From Candidatus Omnitrophota bacterium (GTDB taxonomy: Bacteria > Omnitrophota > Gorgyraeia > Zapsychrales > Aceulaceae), in contig JAQUUP010000001.1 in NCBI GenBank assembly GCA_028693815.1, positions 72,433 to 136,432 on the forward strand: a DNA stretch of 64,000 bases, in the 5' to 3' direction. Of the stretch, positions 29,209-41,592 are shown piece after piece. The translations under genes and the position numbers were made by a program. The notes beneath the pieces were generated by a model. It had not been told where the DNA came from and made no database searches. It saw only the letters and a program-made list of their open reading frames with translations. The stretch's first letter is position 1, and every line of letters begins with the position of its first letter.

Positions 29209-29352
29209 CACGTTTCACGTGCAGAGCAAATTCGCCTACATACCTTACAAAAACTCGTATCCTACATTCTAATCAATCAAATCATTTCTCCGACACGCTT
29301 CGCGTGCGGAGTAAATTCGGACTTATAGTTTACGGAACTTAAGCTCCGTAAA
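29209..29352 (+). repeat. Hairpin-linker mosaic repeats between tRNA-Leu and tRNA-Cys. Includes a 31-nt element GACACGCTTCGCGTGCGGAGTAAATTCGGAC that recurs (reverse orientation) upstream of tRNA-Glu.
   Basis: Hairpins cacgt-ttc-acgtg (29209-29221), cacgc-ttc-gcgtg (29294-29306) and tttacgga-acttaagc-tccgtaaa (29329-29352). TAAATTCG / CAAATTCG linker motif. Confidence 0.55.
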
Positions 29353-29367
29353 CCATGTCCTCATTTA

Positions 29368-29439
29368 AAGGCGCGAGCCGGATTCGAACCGGCGCATAAT
29401 GGTTTTGCAAACCACTGCCTTACCACTTGGCTATCGCGC
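29368..29439 (-). tRNA. tRNA-Cys (anticodon GCA)
   Basis: RC reads GGCGCGATAGCCAAGTGGTAAGGCAGTGGTTTGCAAAACCATTATGCGCCGGTTCGAATCCGGCTCGCGCCT. Confidence 0.8.
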
Positions 29440-29532
29440 CAAAAAAATAACTAAAATTCTTTGCTGCCCTATTCTAGCTTTCGTATAGAAATCTGGAATG
29501 CCGACATCCTTAAAAAATCGATTAAAAAAATC

Positions 29533-29557
29533 GGCCCACTTTGCTATCGCGCCAAAC
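29533..29557 (-). repeat. Duplicated fragment of the tRNA-Cys 5' end (acceptor 5' strand plus D-arm), 21/22 nt identical, about 95 bp from the intact gene
   Basis: cggcccactttgctatcgcgccaaa versus ccacttggctatcgcgccaaa inside tRNA-Cys. Confidence 0.5.
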
Positions 29558-29568
29558 GTCTAATCATT

Positions 29569-30120
29569 TTATGCATTTTTCAAAAGAGCGCAAACTTTTT
29601 TTATAATAATATCTGTCTGCGCTAAATGGCCTTTGCCTACATCGCCACACGCGAGCTTTCCAGGAATAGGATCAATAAACTCTATTCCGTGCTTTTTCAA
29701 ATCTTTAATATTATTTTGAACAATTGTATTTTCATACATCGCCGTATTCATCGCTGGCGCAATTACAATAGGTGCTTTTGTTGTTATTGCGGTGCTTGTC
29801 AAAAGATCGTCTGCAATACCCCCTGCAATTTTTCCAATCACATTTGCTGTTGCTGGAGCAATTAAAAAAACATCTGCTTTTTGCGCCAAGCTAATATGAT
29901 CCATTTCCCATTGATCAAAATTTGATACAAACATTTCACAATACACTTTATTCTGAGAAAGACTCATTAACGTAAGTGGCGTAATAAAATTTTTTGCCTT
30001 TTCAGTCATCAGAACCGTAACAAAAATATTTTTTCTTTGAAGCCCTCGAATAATATCGCACGCCTTATACGCGGCGATACTTCCTGTAACTCCCAGAACA
30101 ACATGCTTTTGCTTCGCCAC
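29569..30120 (-). CDS. coaC: Phosphopantothenoylcysteine decarboxylase flavoprotein (CoaC domain only). GTG start immediately after the rpoZ stop.
   Basis: VVLGVTGSIAAYKA...PAMNTAMYEN... flavoprotein motifs. The GTG is preceded by AAGAGGA. The ORF-track start (30201) would overlap rpoZ by 77 nt. Confidence 0.75.
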   Translation of the reverse strand: MAKQKHVVLGVTGSIAAYKACDIIRGLQRKNIFVTVLMTEKAKNFITPLTLMSLSQNKVYCEMFVSNFDQWEMDHISLAQKADVFLIAPATANVIGKIAGGIADDLLTSTAITTKAPIVIAPAMNTAMYENTIVQNNIKDLKKHGIEFIDPIPGKLACGDVGKGHLAQTDIIIKKVCALLKNA

Positions 30121-30124
30121 TGTT

Positions 30125-30406
30125 CTATTCCTCTTTTTCTGCACCCATCTCTTCAGATTTTTCATCCTCTTCTTCGATTTTAGGCAAATCCCCAGGAACA
30201 AGCTGATCCTCCGCTCCTTTTAAAACAACTTTTCCTTCCATAATTTCGTCTAAAGCAAGCGTTGTTGTTTTAATATTCGAAGGTCTTGAAATGAGACTTG
30301 GCATCCCTTCGGCAAGTTCAGTCGCTCTTTTTGCGGCCAACAAAACAAGTTTGTAAATACTATATTTAGCTTTGGGCAAAAGCTTTTCTAGCGGTTGATA
30401 CCCCAT
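30125..30406 (-). CDS. rpoZ: DNA-directed RNA polymerase omega subunit
   Basis: SIYKLVLLAAKRATEL block. Acidic C-terminal tail. Confidence 0.8.
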   Translation of the reverse strand: MGYQPLEKLLPKAKYSIYKLVLLAAKRATELAEGMPSLISRPSNIKTTTLALDEIMEGKVVLKGAEDQLVPGDLPKIEEEDEKSEEMGAEKEE

Positions 30407-31013
30407 TGACTCCTCCTGTTTCTCTATTTATCTCATCTAAAAGAATGCTCTCGATCTTTTTTGTTGCTACGTCTAGAACATCATTAATAACGACATACTT
30501 GTACTTCTTTATTTCTTTCATCTCTTTTTGAGCCGTCTGGATGCGCCTGCAAAAATCTTCACTTGTCTCTGCACCTCTTTCTTGGAGACGCTTTTTTAGA
30601 ACGCTCATATTCTTAGTTTTTAAAAAAATACCAACGGCTTCTTTATTCTGCCGAAACACAACCTTTGCGCCTTGAACGTCGATGCAAAGTAAAACATTCT
30701 TTCCTTTTTTCAGAACCCCGTCGACCAATTTCTTTGGCGTTCCATAATAACAATCAAAAACCTTTTTCCACTCTAAAAAATACCCAATCTTTCTCCGATA
30801 AAGAAATTCTTTTTCCGTAAGAAATAAATAATCTTGGCCATTCTTTTCTCCTTTTCGAGGAGCACGCGTTGTCGCCGAAATAGTTTTAACAAGCACTTTT
30901 GAAATTTTTTTATTTTTAAGCACTCGCTTATGTAGTGTTGTTTTTCCTGAACCCGACGGGCCCGAAAGAACAAAAATTTTTCCTTTTTCTTTTTTTGTGT
31001 TTTTCTTATTCAA
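30366..31013 (-). CDS. gmk: Guanylate kinase
   Basis: IFVLSGPSGSGKTTL P-loop. yicC-gmk-rpoZ synteny. Confidence 0.9.
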   Translation of the reverse strand: MNKKNTKKEKGKIFVLSGPSGSGKTTLHKRVLKNKKISKVLVKTISATTRAPRKGEKNGQDYLFLTEKEFLYRRKIGYFLEWKKVFDCYYGTPKKLVDGVLKKGKNVLLCIDVQGAKVVFRQNKEAVGIFLKTKNMSVLKKRLQERGAETSEDFCRRIQTAQKEMKEIKKYKYVVINDVLDVATKKIESILLDEINRETGGVNGVSTARKAFAQS

Positions 31014-31827
31014 CGTTTTGTGCTTGCTCTCTTAATTTTTCGATCTTGCTTTTCAGAGAAATAACTGAATTAGAAACAATTTTGTCTTGTATTTTTGAAC
31101 CAATAGTATTTGTTTCTCGCTGCATTTCTTGTGCAATAAAATCAAGTTTTTTTCCAACAGCCCCGTTGCTTTTTAAAAACAGCTGAAATTCTACAACATG
31201 ATGCGCTAAACGAGAAATTTCTTCATTAACATCAATGCTTTTTTGATACGACTCAAATTCTTCAGAATCCATTTTTTTCTTATTCAAAAACAATACTTGT
31301 TTTTCTCTAAGCTGTATCTTCTTTATTTGCAAGGACATAAGAGATAGCTGGCTTTTAACATCTTTGGCAATGCTCAGGCCTTCTCTTTTTCGCATCTTCA
31401 CCAAAGACGCCAAAGCTTTTGTAATTGCCTTTTCTACAGCTGGCCATAAAGTGCTTGCATTAACATCTGTTTCTTGTACATCAACAACCCCAGGAAGACG
31501 AATTAGCTCTCCCAAAGACAAATCTCCAGATAATCCAAACTCTTTTTTTAAGTTTTTCTCTTGCTTTAAATACGTTTGAATAACTTTTTTATTAAAAGAA
31601 ACTGTTGGCGCCTCTTTTTTCGTAATCTTCATTACGATAGAAATGCGTCCACGAAAAATATCCTTTTGAACAAGCTTGCGAATTTTATCTTCTAACAGCA
31701 TAAATCCTGGAGGTAAAAAATATCCGACGTCCAAATAACGATGGTTAACGCTTTTAACCTCGACGATACCTTTTGTTGCTCCGGAAGAAATTTCAGCGCT
31801 TCCAAACCCTGTCATTCCCTTAATCAT
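31006..31827 (-). CDS. yicC: YicC-family stress-induced protein
   Basis: MIKGMTGFGSAE...NHRYLDV N-terminal block. Coiled C-terminal DUF1732-like region. Confidence 0.75.
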   Translation of the reverse strand: MIKGMTGFGSAEISSGATKGIVEVKSVNHRYLDVGYFLPPGFMLLEDKIRKLVQKDIFRGRISIVMKITKKEAPTVSFNKKVIQTYLKQEKNLKKEFGLSGDLSLGELIRLPGVVDVQETDVNASTLWPAVEKAITKALASLVKMRKREGLSIAKDVKSQLSLMSLQIKKIQLREKQVLFLNKKKMDSEEFESYQKSIDVNEEISRLAHHVVEFQLFLKSNGAVGKKLDFIAQEMQRETNTIGSKIQDKIVSNSVISLKSKIEKLREQAQNVE

Positions 31828-31854
31828 GTCTATCCCCTCGACGGAAAATCCGTC

Positions 31855-32703
31855 TTATTTTTTAATAATATCAATAATACGCTCAAGATCGTCGGAAGAA
31901 TAATATTCAATAACAACTTGCCCGCGTTTTTTTTGCGCTTTAATACGAACTTTTGTGCCCAAGGCTCTTTGCAAATCTTCTTCCAAATCTACAACATATC
32001 GATCCCTTTGATCCAAAGGTTTTGTTTTCTTTTTCCCATAACCATCGGTCTCAGACTTAACTAAATTTTCAACCTCACGAACAGAAAGCCCTTTATCTAA
32101 TGTTTTTTTCCAAAGAGCTCTTTGAACAGATTCATCTTTAATACTAAGAATCGCGCGCGCATGCCCCATAGAAAAAGACCCCATCAAAACACTTTTTTGA
32201 ATTTCTTCCGGCAGCATAAGCAATCTTAAAATATTAGTAACTGTTGTTCGATCTCTCCCAACTGATTGCGCCACAACATCTTGCGTAAAATTAAATTCAT
32301 CAATAAGACGTTTAAACGCCTTTGCTTCCTCAATAACATTAAGCTCTTGTCTTTGAATATTTTCAATTAATGCCAAGACTAAAGCCTCTTGATCAGATGC
32401 TATTTTAACAATCGCCGGAACCTTTTCGATATTTAAACTTTGCGCTGCCCTTAAACGACGTTCTCCTGCGATCAGCTCATATTGATCGCCGCTTCTTCGA
32501 ACGAGCAACGGCTGCAAAACCCCTTTTTCTTTTATAGAGCAAATTAAATCATCAAGCCTTTCTTGATTAAATTCTTTTCTTGGCTGAAACGTGTTTTTTT
32601 TAATATGAGACGTACTAATATAGGCGATCGTCTCTCCTTTTTCCAAGCTTACGTTCTCTGTAATTAACGCAGAAAGTCCTCTTCCTAAAGCACTTTTTTC
32701 CAT
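31855..32703 (-). CDS. parB: Chromosome partitioning protein ParB (Spo0J)
   Basis: GERRLRAAQ ParB box and an HTH. Confidence 0.9.
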   Translation of the reverse strand: MEKSALGRGLSALITENVSLEKGETIAYISTSHIKKNTFQPRKEFNQERLDDLICSIKEKGVLQPLLVRRSGDQYELIAGERRLRAAQSLNIEKVPAIVKIASDQEALVLALIENIQRQELNVIEEAKAFKRLIDEFNFTQDVVAQSVGRDRTTVTNILRLLMLPEEIQKSVLMGSFSMGHARAILSIKDESVQRALWKKTLDKGLSVREVENLVKSETDGYGKKKTKPLDQRDRYVVDLEEDLQRALGTKVRIKAQKKRGQVVIEYYSSDDLERIIDIIKK

Positions 32704-32734
32704 AAGTTGTTTCCTTTTCTTATTTTAAATAAAA

Positions 32735-33541
32735 CTACTTTGCTTCAACAGCCTCTTCTTCTTTATTCTCAACTCTCTCGCCTAAAAATTCTGCTGCAAA
32801 TTCATCATATTTTTTTGCACCAATCGAGCTGCTATCATAAATCGCAATTGGCTTTCCAAAGCTTGGCGCCTCACTCAATCGAACGTTTCTTGGAATTACA
32901 GTTTTATAAACCTTTTCCTTAAAAAAGCTTCTTATCTCATTAATAACTTCTGTTGTTAAATTTGTTCTAAAGTCTGCCATAGTCATTAAAACACCTTCAA
33001 TTGCTAAATTCGGATTAAGCCCGTCTCTTATCAAATTAATTGTATTTAAGAGTTGTGAGACGCCTTCTAAAGCATAGAATTCACATTGTATTGGAATAAT
33101 AATCGAATCACTTGCAACCAAAGAATTCAACGTAATCAGACCTAAAGATGGCGGTGAATCAATAAAAATATAATCATATTCATTTTTTATTTCTTCAATC
33201 GCGCGTTTTAACCTTGCCTCTCGAGATAAAGCCCCAACAAGCTCAATCTCTGCTCCAGTTAAATTAATATTACACGGCGCAACAGTTAAATTTTCATATT
33301 CAGTTTGGACAACAATATCTTTTATTTTTGCTTTGTTTAAAAGAACATCATAAATAGATACTTCAATATTATTTTTATTAATTCCTAGTCCACTCGTTGC
33401 GTTTCCCTGAGGATCTGTATCGACTAAAAGAATTTTTTTATTTTTATGGGCCAACGCAGCAGAAAGATTGACTGACGTTGTAGTCTTTCCAGTTCCACCT
33501 TTTTGATTACATAACGCGATTGTTTTTCCCATATTATTCAC
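32735..33541 (-). CDS. parA: Chromosome partitioning ATPase ParA (Soj)
   Basis: IALCNQKGGTGKTTTSVNL deviant Walker A. Confidence 0.9.
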   Translation of the reverse strand: MNNMGKTIALCNQKGGTGKTTTSVNLSAALAHKNKKILLVDTDPQGNATSGLGINKNNIEVSIYDVLLNKAKIKDIVVQTEYENLTVAPCNINLTGAEIELVGALSREARLKRAIEEIKNEYDYIFIDSPPSLGLITLNSLVASDSIIIPIQCEFYALEGVSQLLNTINLIRDGLNPNLAIEGVLMTMADFRTNLTTEVINEIRSFFKEKVYKTVIPRNVRLSEAPSFGKPIAIYDSSSIGAKKYDEFAAEFLGERVENKEEEAVEAK

Positions 33542-33595
33542 CCCTATGTTCCACGTGAAACATTAATTAAATTACCCGATTTTAATAATATTCTA

Positions 33596-33799
33596 CTATG
33601 ATTCCTTCAAAGAAACAATGATTTTTGCGGGTTTTTCGCCTTCCATTCCAAAAAGACCCTTTTTCTCTTCTGAAACAACTTTAACAATTATTCTATCCCT
33701 TTCTACTTTTAGCTCTTTTAGAGCTTTTTGGATAGCCTCTTCTACTGTTGTTCCATATGCCTCAATACTTTTAGCAGGCTTGTTTGACTCTTTCGGCAT
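33596..33799 (-). CDS. Jag N-terminal-domain protein (truncated Jag/SpoIIIJ-associated protein, no KH/R3H)
   Basis: AYGTTVEEAIQKALKEL...EEKKGLFG matches the Jag_N fold. Sits downstream of yidC as jag usually does. Confidence 0.5.
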   Translation of the reverse strand: MPKESNKPAKSIEAYGTTVEEAIQKALKELKVERDRIIVKVVSEEKKGLFGMEGEKPAKIIVSLKES

Positions 33800-33800
33800 A

Positions 33801-35417
33801 TTACCCTACCTTTTTTATTTTGGACATTCTCATTTGAGTAAAAGTCGAGAGAATATAAAACATCGTAAAATACAATGTTAGCCCGCTTGAAAATTTATAA
33901 AATATAAATCCTAAAAATATTGGAAAAATCATGGTCATCATTTTTTGTTGCATTATTTGATTTGGATCTGTTGCCGCCATGTTTTTGGATGAAGCCTTTT
34001 GTTGAAAAAACATCGCTACCATCATAATAATTGGCAAAATATTTAATTCATTCCCAATAATCGGAAGCGAAAACGGAAAAATAAACAATCTATCTGGCAT
34101 AGAAAGATCTTTAATCCATAAAAAATTTGCTCCTTTTAAAGATACCGTTCTCCAAAGCGCTTGATATAAAGCAATGAATGCAGGCATTTGTAAGATCATT
34201 GGGAGACAACCACCCATAGGATTTACTGAATTTGTCTTGTACAAATCCATAATCTCTTTGTTTAAGCGCTGTGGATTGTTTTTATATTGTTCCCTTATCT
34301 TTGTAATTTCTGGCTGCAAAGCTTGCATTTTTTTCATAGAAAGCATGCTTTTTATGGTCAGCGGATACGTCACTAAATAAAATAAAATACTGATCATAAT
34401 AATACAAAATCCCCAATTTGGAATAACCTTGTATATCAAGTTCATTGTGATCACAACCAAGTTTGATATTGAATCTAATATCCAATATTTACTAAAAACA
34501 GACACTTTTTCAATTCCAAGATCATATCCGGATAAAATTGTCTTATCTTGAGGACCAACATAAACAAAAGCGTTATAAGAAATTTTTTCTCCAGGCTTCA
34601 TTTCAACATTTTTTGTTTCTAAAATTAAGTCGAGCTGATTTTTTCCAACAGGAACCGTTTTGTAATCTTTTGTTTTAAATTCAGGCTTAACGATAGCACA
34701 AAAATACCGATTTCTAAAAGCAGACCAATCAACATTTCCCATCTTATGAAATAAATTTTTAGAATTAAACTCAATAGCATTATTTTTTCTTATGATTTCC
34801 CCGTCTAAAGAAACGCTATATTCATAAAGTCCGCGTTCGCGAGCATTATTTTTATCATTAATCAATTCGCTTGTTTCAACAGTCAAAGTGTTTATTTTTA
34901 AATTTTTCACTTTGGACATTCCTGAAACATTTTGTATGTTTAATTCAACATTGAAGAGATAATCCTCTTTGGACAAATCATATGTTTTTGTAACTTCATA
35001 TGAATCATCTCTGTAATAAAAAATAACTTTATTGTCCAAAGATTTTCGAAGCGAGAAGGGGTATCTTTCATAACCAGCTAAACCAATAATATTTTCAACC
35101 GGCATGGATTCTTGATACTTCTTAATTGTAATTTTCTTTAAATTACCGCCAATATTTGAAAATTCTGCCTTAAAAACATCGTTTTCAATTATTGTTACTT
35201 CTTCTTTTGCTCCAGAAAAATTTGCTGAATCAGGGGTTGCTTCAGCAACCTCAATATTTGTAAACTCTTTATTGTCAAATACTTGCGTTTCTTCTGCTGA
35301 AGGACCTAAAACAATATTCTTCGCTTCTCCTACAGGGCTTTTCTTTAATACTAAAGCGTTATATCCAAATAATATAACTATTGATATTAATATAGCCAAA
35401 AAAGTTCTTTTTTCCAT
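33801..35417 (-). CDS. yidC: Membrane protein insertase YidC
   Basis: 538 aa. Periplasmic domain plus a conserved C-terminal 5-TM core (PMILQMP...). Confidence 0.9.
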   Translation of the reverse strand: MEKRTFLAILISIVILFGYNALVLKKSPVGEAKNIVLGPSAEETQVFDNKEFTNIEVAEATPDSANFSGAKEEVTIIENDVFKAEFSNIGGNLKKITIKKYQESMPVENIIGLAGYERYPFSLRKSLDNKVIFYYRDDSYEVTKTYDLSKEDYLFNVELNIQNVSGMSKVKNLKINTLTVETSELINDKNNARERGLYEYSVSLDGEIIRKNNAIEFNSKNLFHKMGNVDWSAFRNRYFCAIVKPEFKTKDYKTVPVGKNQLDLILETKNVEMKPGEKISYNAFVYVGPQDKTILSGYDLGIEKVSVFSKYWILDSISNLVVITMNLIYKVIPNWGFCIIMISILFYLVTYPLTIKSMLSMKKMQALQPEITKIREQYKNNPQRLNKEIMDLYKTNSVNPMGGCLPMILQMPAFIALYQALWRTVSLKGANFLWIKDLSMPDRLFIFPFSLPIIGNELNILPIIMMVAMFFQQKASSKNMAATDPNQIMQQKMMTMIFPIFLGFIFYKFSSGLTLYFTMFYILSTFTQMRMSKIKKVG

Positions 35418-35427
35418 AAATTTAATC

Positions 35428-35640
35428 CTATGTTAAAGGGTCAAACCCTCCTCGAGAGAGGGGGGAACAGCGCAAAATTCGACAAATTGCCTTTATAGAG
35501 CCTTTGACAGCCCCATATTTTTGCAAAGCTTCGAGCGCATACTCCGAGCATGAAGGATGAAAACGACACGTACCTGTAAAAAGGCTGTGTTTAATTTTTT
35601 GATATAAGCGTATCAAAAACGATAATATATTAATAATCAT
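35428..35640 (-). CDS. yidD: Membrane protein insertion efficiency factor YidD
   Basis: RFHPSCSEYALEAL signature. Confidence 0.8.
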   Translation of the reverse strand: MIINILSFLIRLYQKIKHSLFTGTCRFHPSCSEYALEALQKYGAVKGSIKAICRILRCSPLSRGGFDPLT

Positions 35641-35665
35641 AATTAGATTTTTTTGAGGATAGATG

Positions 35666-35803
35666 CTAAACTGCTAATTTCTTTCGCCCTTTTTGTCGTC
35701 GGCGTTTTAGAATTTCTCGTCCATCAGGCGTTTCCATGCGGTGGCGAAAACCATGCTTTCTTTTACCTTTTATTTTTGTTGGTGTTTTTAGTGTCTTTTT
35801 CAT
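35666..35803 (-). CDS. rpmH: 50S ribosomal protein L34 (not in the ORF track, below its size cutoff)
   Basis: Minus-strand translation gives [45 protein letters not shown]. Confidence 0.85.
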   Translation of the reverse strand: MKKTLKTPTKIKGKRKHGFRHRMETPDGREILKRRRQKGRKKLAV

Positions 35804-35826
35804 TTTTTGAATTTCCTCGTTAATAA

Positions 35827-36183
35827 AATTAAAAGATACTGGTGCTCAGTATCTTTACTTTTTTTGTAAATATTTGAATAAGTATAACACGACTGATTTT
35901 CTAGTCAAGCTTTTTTCTTTTTTCAAAGGCCCTAAAACAATCTATTCCCAATATGTTAGGAGCCATTTTCATTTTTAAAAACCTTTTATAATCACCAAGG
36001 GGGAGAAGGGGAAGTTTTAGGTTGAAATTCGTTTTTTCTCTGTTATAATAAATTCGCTTTTGCCGCTTCTTTAGAATATTCATTTTATTTTTTTGTGTTC
36101 CTCGAAGGCTCACGGCGAAAAACCATACACTGTTTCTGTGGAAAAGCTGTTAATTCTGTGGATTAACCTATTTAAACCTTTTA
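35827..36183. other. oriC: Putative chromosomal replication origin / dnaA promoter region (rpmH<- ->dnaA divergent intergenic)
   Basis: Canonical rpmH|dnaA-dnaN-gyrB-gyrA synteny. DnaA-box-like 9-mers TGTGGAAAA (36137-36145) and TGTGGATTA (36157-36165) lie just upstream of dnaA. AT-rich tracts. A second AT-rich spacer runs 37549-37698. Confidence 0.45.
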
Positions 36184-37548
36184 TTGTCATCTTTTATGAG
36201 CTTATTAACAATCTGGGAAAACGCACAGCCTCTTATTCGATCCAAAATCGGAGAGACCTCCCATGAAACCTGGTTTTCCATTTTAAGCATCAAAGAAAAA
36301 AATCCTGATACACTCATTATCGAAACACCTGACGAATTTTTTAAAAACTGGATTGTCGAACACTATCTTACTTTCATTGAAGAAGCTGTCAACGAACAAA
36401 CACCAAAAAATATCAATCTTGAATTTGAAGTCAATTCTCAACTTCTCGGCGCCCAAAAACAAAAAAAATTTAGCATATTAGAAAAAAAATTTGAAGAAAA
36501 ACATTCGCCGAAAACAGGGATTGTTGATTCCTCTATCATCACGCCTCGATTTACTTTTGAAAATTTTGTCGTCGGGTCTTCGAACCGTTTTGCTCATGCC
36601 GCTAGCTTTGCTGTTGCTGAATCTCCAGCAAAAGAATACAATCCATTGTTTCTTTACGGCGGAGTTGGGCTTGGAAAAACACATTTAATGCAATCCATCG
36701 CAAATAAAATTAGAATAAGTAAACCAGAAACAAAATTCTGCTATATTTCTTCTGAAAAATTTACTAACGGCCTTATTGATGCTATTCGCCATCGATCAAC
36801 AGCACAATTTCGTCAAAAATATCGTTCTGTAGATGTTCTTCTTGTCGACGATATTCAGTTTATTGCTGGCAAAGAATCAACACAAGAAGAATTTTTTCAC
36901 ACGTTTAATGATCTTCACCAAGCTCGTAAGCAAATCGTTGTTTCGTCGGATAGGCCACCTCAAAATATTCCAAATTTAGAAGATCGGCTAAGCTCTCGTT
37001 TTGCGTGGGGGCTTGTTGCAGATGTTCAACCGCCAGACTTTGAAACTCGCGTTGCTATTTTAAAAAAGAAAATTGAACGTGAGTCAACTAAAGTGCCAGA
37101 TGAAGTTGTTTTTTTTATTGCCGAGCAAATTAAAACAAATATTCGAGAACTTGAAGGGGCTTTGGTTCGAGTTATGGCATATTCTTTATTAGAGGAACGA
37201 ACCGTTTCTTTAGAAATGGCTAAAATTATATTAAAAGATATGGTTAAAGAAACAACTAAGCTAATTACGGTTGATATGATCCAAAAAATTGTGGCTAATC
37301 ATTATAATATTTCTTTACATGACTTAAAAACAACCAAAAGACATAAAAATATTGTTTTGCCTCGCCAAATTGCAATGTATTTATCTAGACAGCTTACGAA
37401 TCTTTCGTTACCTGAAATCGGAACTGCATTTGGGGGTAAAGACCATACGACAGTTTTACACTCATGTAAAAAAATTGGAAAAGAAATAACCGAAAATAGT
37501 ATTTTGAAACAATCCACGGAACAGTTATCCTTGGAGATTAAACAATAA
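36184..37548 (+). CDS. dnaA: Chromosomal replication initiator DnaA
   Basis: AAA+ Walker A GGVGLGKTHL. C-terminal DNA-binding domain. Confidence 0.95.
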   Translation: MSSFMSLLTIWENAQPLIRSKIGETSHETWFSILSIKEKNPDTLIIETPDEFFKNWIVEHYLTFIEEAVNEQTPKNINLEFEVNSQLLGAQKQKKFSILEKKFEEKHSPKTGIVDSSIITPRFTFENFVVGSSNRFAHAASFAVAESPAKEYNPLFLYGGVGLGKTHLMQSIANKIRISKPETKFCYISSEKFTNGLIDAIRHRSTAQFRQKYRSVDVLLVDDIQFIAGKESTQEEFFHTFNDLHQARKQIVVSSDRPPQNIPNLEDRLSSRFAWGLVADVQPPDFETRVAILKKKIERESTKVPDEVVFFIAEQIKTNIRELEGALVRVMAYSLLEERTVSLEMAKIILKDMVKETTKLITVDMIQKIVANHYNISLHDLKTTKRHKNIVLPRQIAMYLSRQLTNLSLPEIGTAFGGKDHTTVLHSCKKIGKEITENSILKQSTEQLSLEIKQ

Positions 37549-37698
37549 TCTTTTTTAATCCACTAGTTTTAAACATGATTTTTTTTTATAAGTTCTTTGT
37601 TTTCTTATAGTTTTGTTCTTATTCAAATTATTAACAGGCACTACGATAACTACAACTATTTTTTTTAAAATAGTTAGAATCATTTTTTTGTAAAGGAT

Positions 37699-38799
37699 GT
37701 GAATATTATGAAAATCAAGATTTTAAAAGATGACTTGTTGTTTGGAATAACAAAGGTACAAAATGTTGTGTCTTCAAAAACAACATTACCAATCCTTTCT
37801 AATATGTTGCTAGAAACAACAAAAAAATCAACAATTCGTCTCTATGCAACAGATCTTGATATTGGAATATCCTGTGAAATACCTGTGCAAATCTTTGAAG
37901 AAGGAGCGATAACTCTTCCAGCTAAAAAGTTTAGTGATATTATTAAAGAATTACCATCGGGGGATATTTTAATTACAGCAAAGAAAAACAATCATGTTGA
38001 AATTGAGGGAGAAAAATGCTTATTCAAATTAATTGGTCTTCCTAAAGAAGAATTTCCAAAATTTCCTGAATTTAAAAATGTAGAAGCTGTTGTGATTAAT
38101 CAAGGAGTTTTGAAAGAAATGTTAAAAATGACTTCTTTTGCTGTATCGCATGAAGAAGCAAGATATATCTTAAATGGTGTTTTGTTGGAGATTGAAGATG
38201 ATATTATACGCCTTGTTGCAACTGATGGCAGAAGATTAGCTAAGATTGAGAAAACAACATCAGCACCAATTAAAAAAGAAACTAAAATCATTATCCCAAC
38301 AAAAGCTGTTTATGAAGTTATGAGAAATATAAAAGAAGAGGGGCAGATTTCTTTGTTGACGAACGCAAACCAACTTTTGTTTGATATTGATCATGTATTA
38401 ATTGCAACACGTGTTATCGAAGGAGATTATCCGAACTATAATCAAGTTATTCCTACTGAACAAAAAAATAAAATTATTATCAATACGCAAGAATTGTTAG
38501 CTGCAATCAAACGAGCTAATCTTTTAACAACACCTGATTTTCAAGCAGTGAAGTTTGAAGTTTTTAAAGATAAATTAGTTGTTTCAAAAATTACTCCTGA
38601 CCTAGGGGAATCCAGAGAAGAAGTAAAAATTGAATATGGCGGCCCAGAACTTATTGTTGGTTTTAATCCGCATTTCTTTATTGAAGCTTTAAAAAATATT
38701 GAATCAGAAGAGATTGGATTAGAACTTTTAGGGGCGGATAAACCAGGTGTTATAAGAATGAACGATTATCTTTATTTAGCGCTTCCAATGCGTATTTAA
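37699..38799 (+). CDS. dnaN: DNA polymerase III beta sliding clamp
   Basis: 366 aa, three-domain clamp. Follows dnaA. Confidence 0.9.
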   Translation: MNIMKIKILKDDLLFGITKVQNVVSSKTTLPILSNMLLETTKKSTIRLYATDLDIGISCEIPVQIFEEGAITLPAKKFSDIIKELPSGDILITAKKNNHVEIEGEKCLFKLIGLPKEEFPKFPEFKNVEAVVINQGVLKEMLKMTSFAVSHEEARYILNGVLLEIEDDIIRLVATDGRRLAKIEKTTSAPIKKETKIIIPTKAVYEVMRNIKEEGQISLLTNANQLLFDIDHVLIATRVIEGDYPNYNQVIPTEQKNKIIINTQELLAAIKRANLLTTPDFQAVKFEVFKDKLVVSKITPDLGESREEVKIEYGGPELIVGFNPHFFIEALKNIESEEIGLELLGADKPGVIRMNDYLYLALPMRI

Positions 38800-38803
38800 A
38801 AAA

Positions 38804-41553
<2,750 letters not shown>

Positions 41554-41592
41554 AGGAAAATAGATATTTTTAAGAAAGGTTAGAAAAAAAAG

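Noticed and set aside
35641-35665. Expected rnpA between rpmH and yidD
   Set aside because: Only 25 bp separate the two genes, so there is no room for an RNase P protein gene. Recorded as an absence rather than a feature.
35901-36113. 70-aa ORF in the rpmH-dnaA intergenic region
   Set aside because: Lies in the AT-rich origin/promoter region with DnaA-box-like motifs. No RBS. Low-complexity Lys-rich translation.
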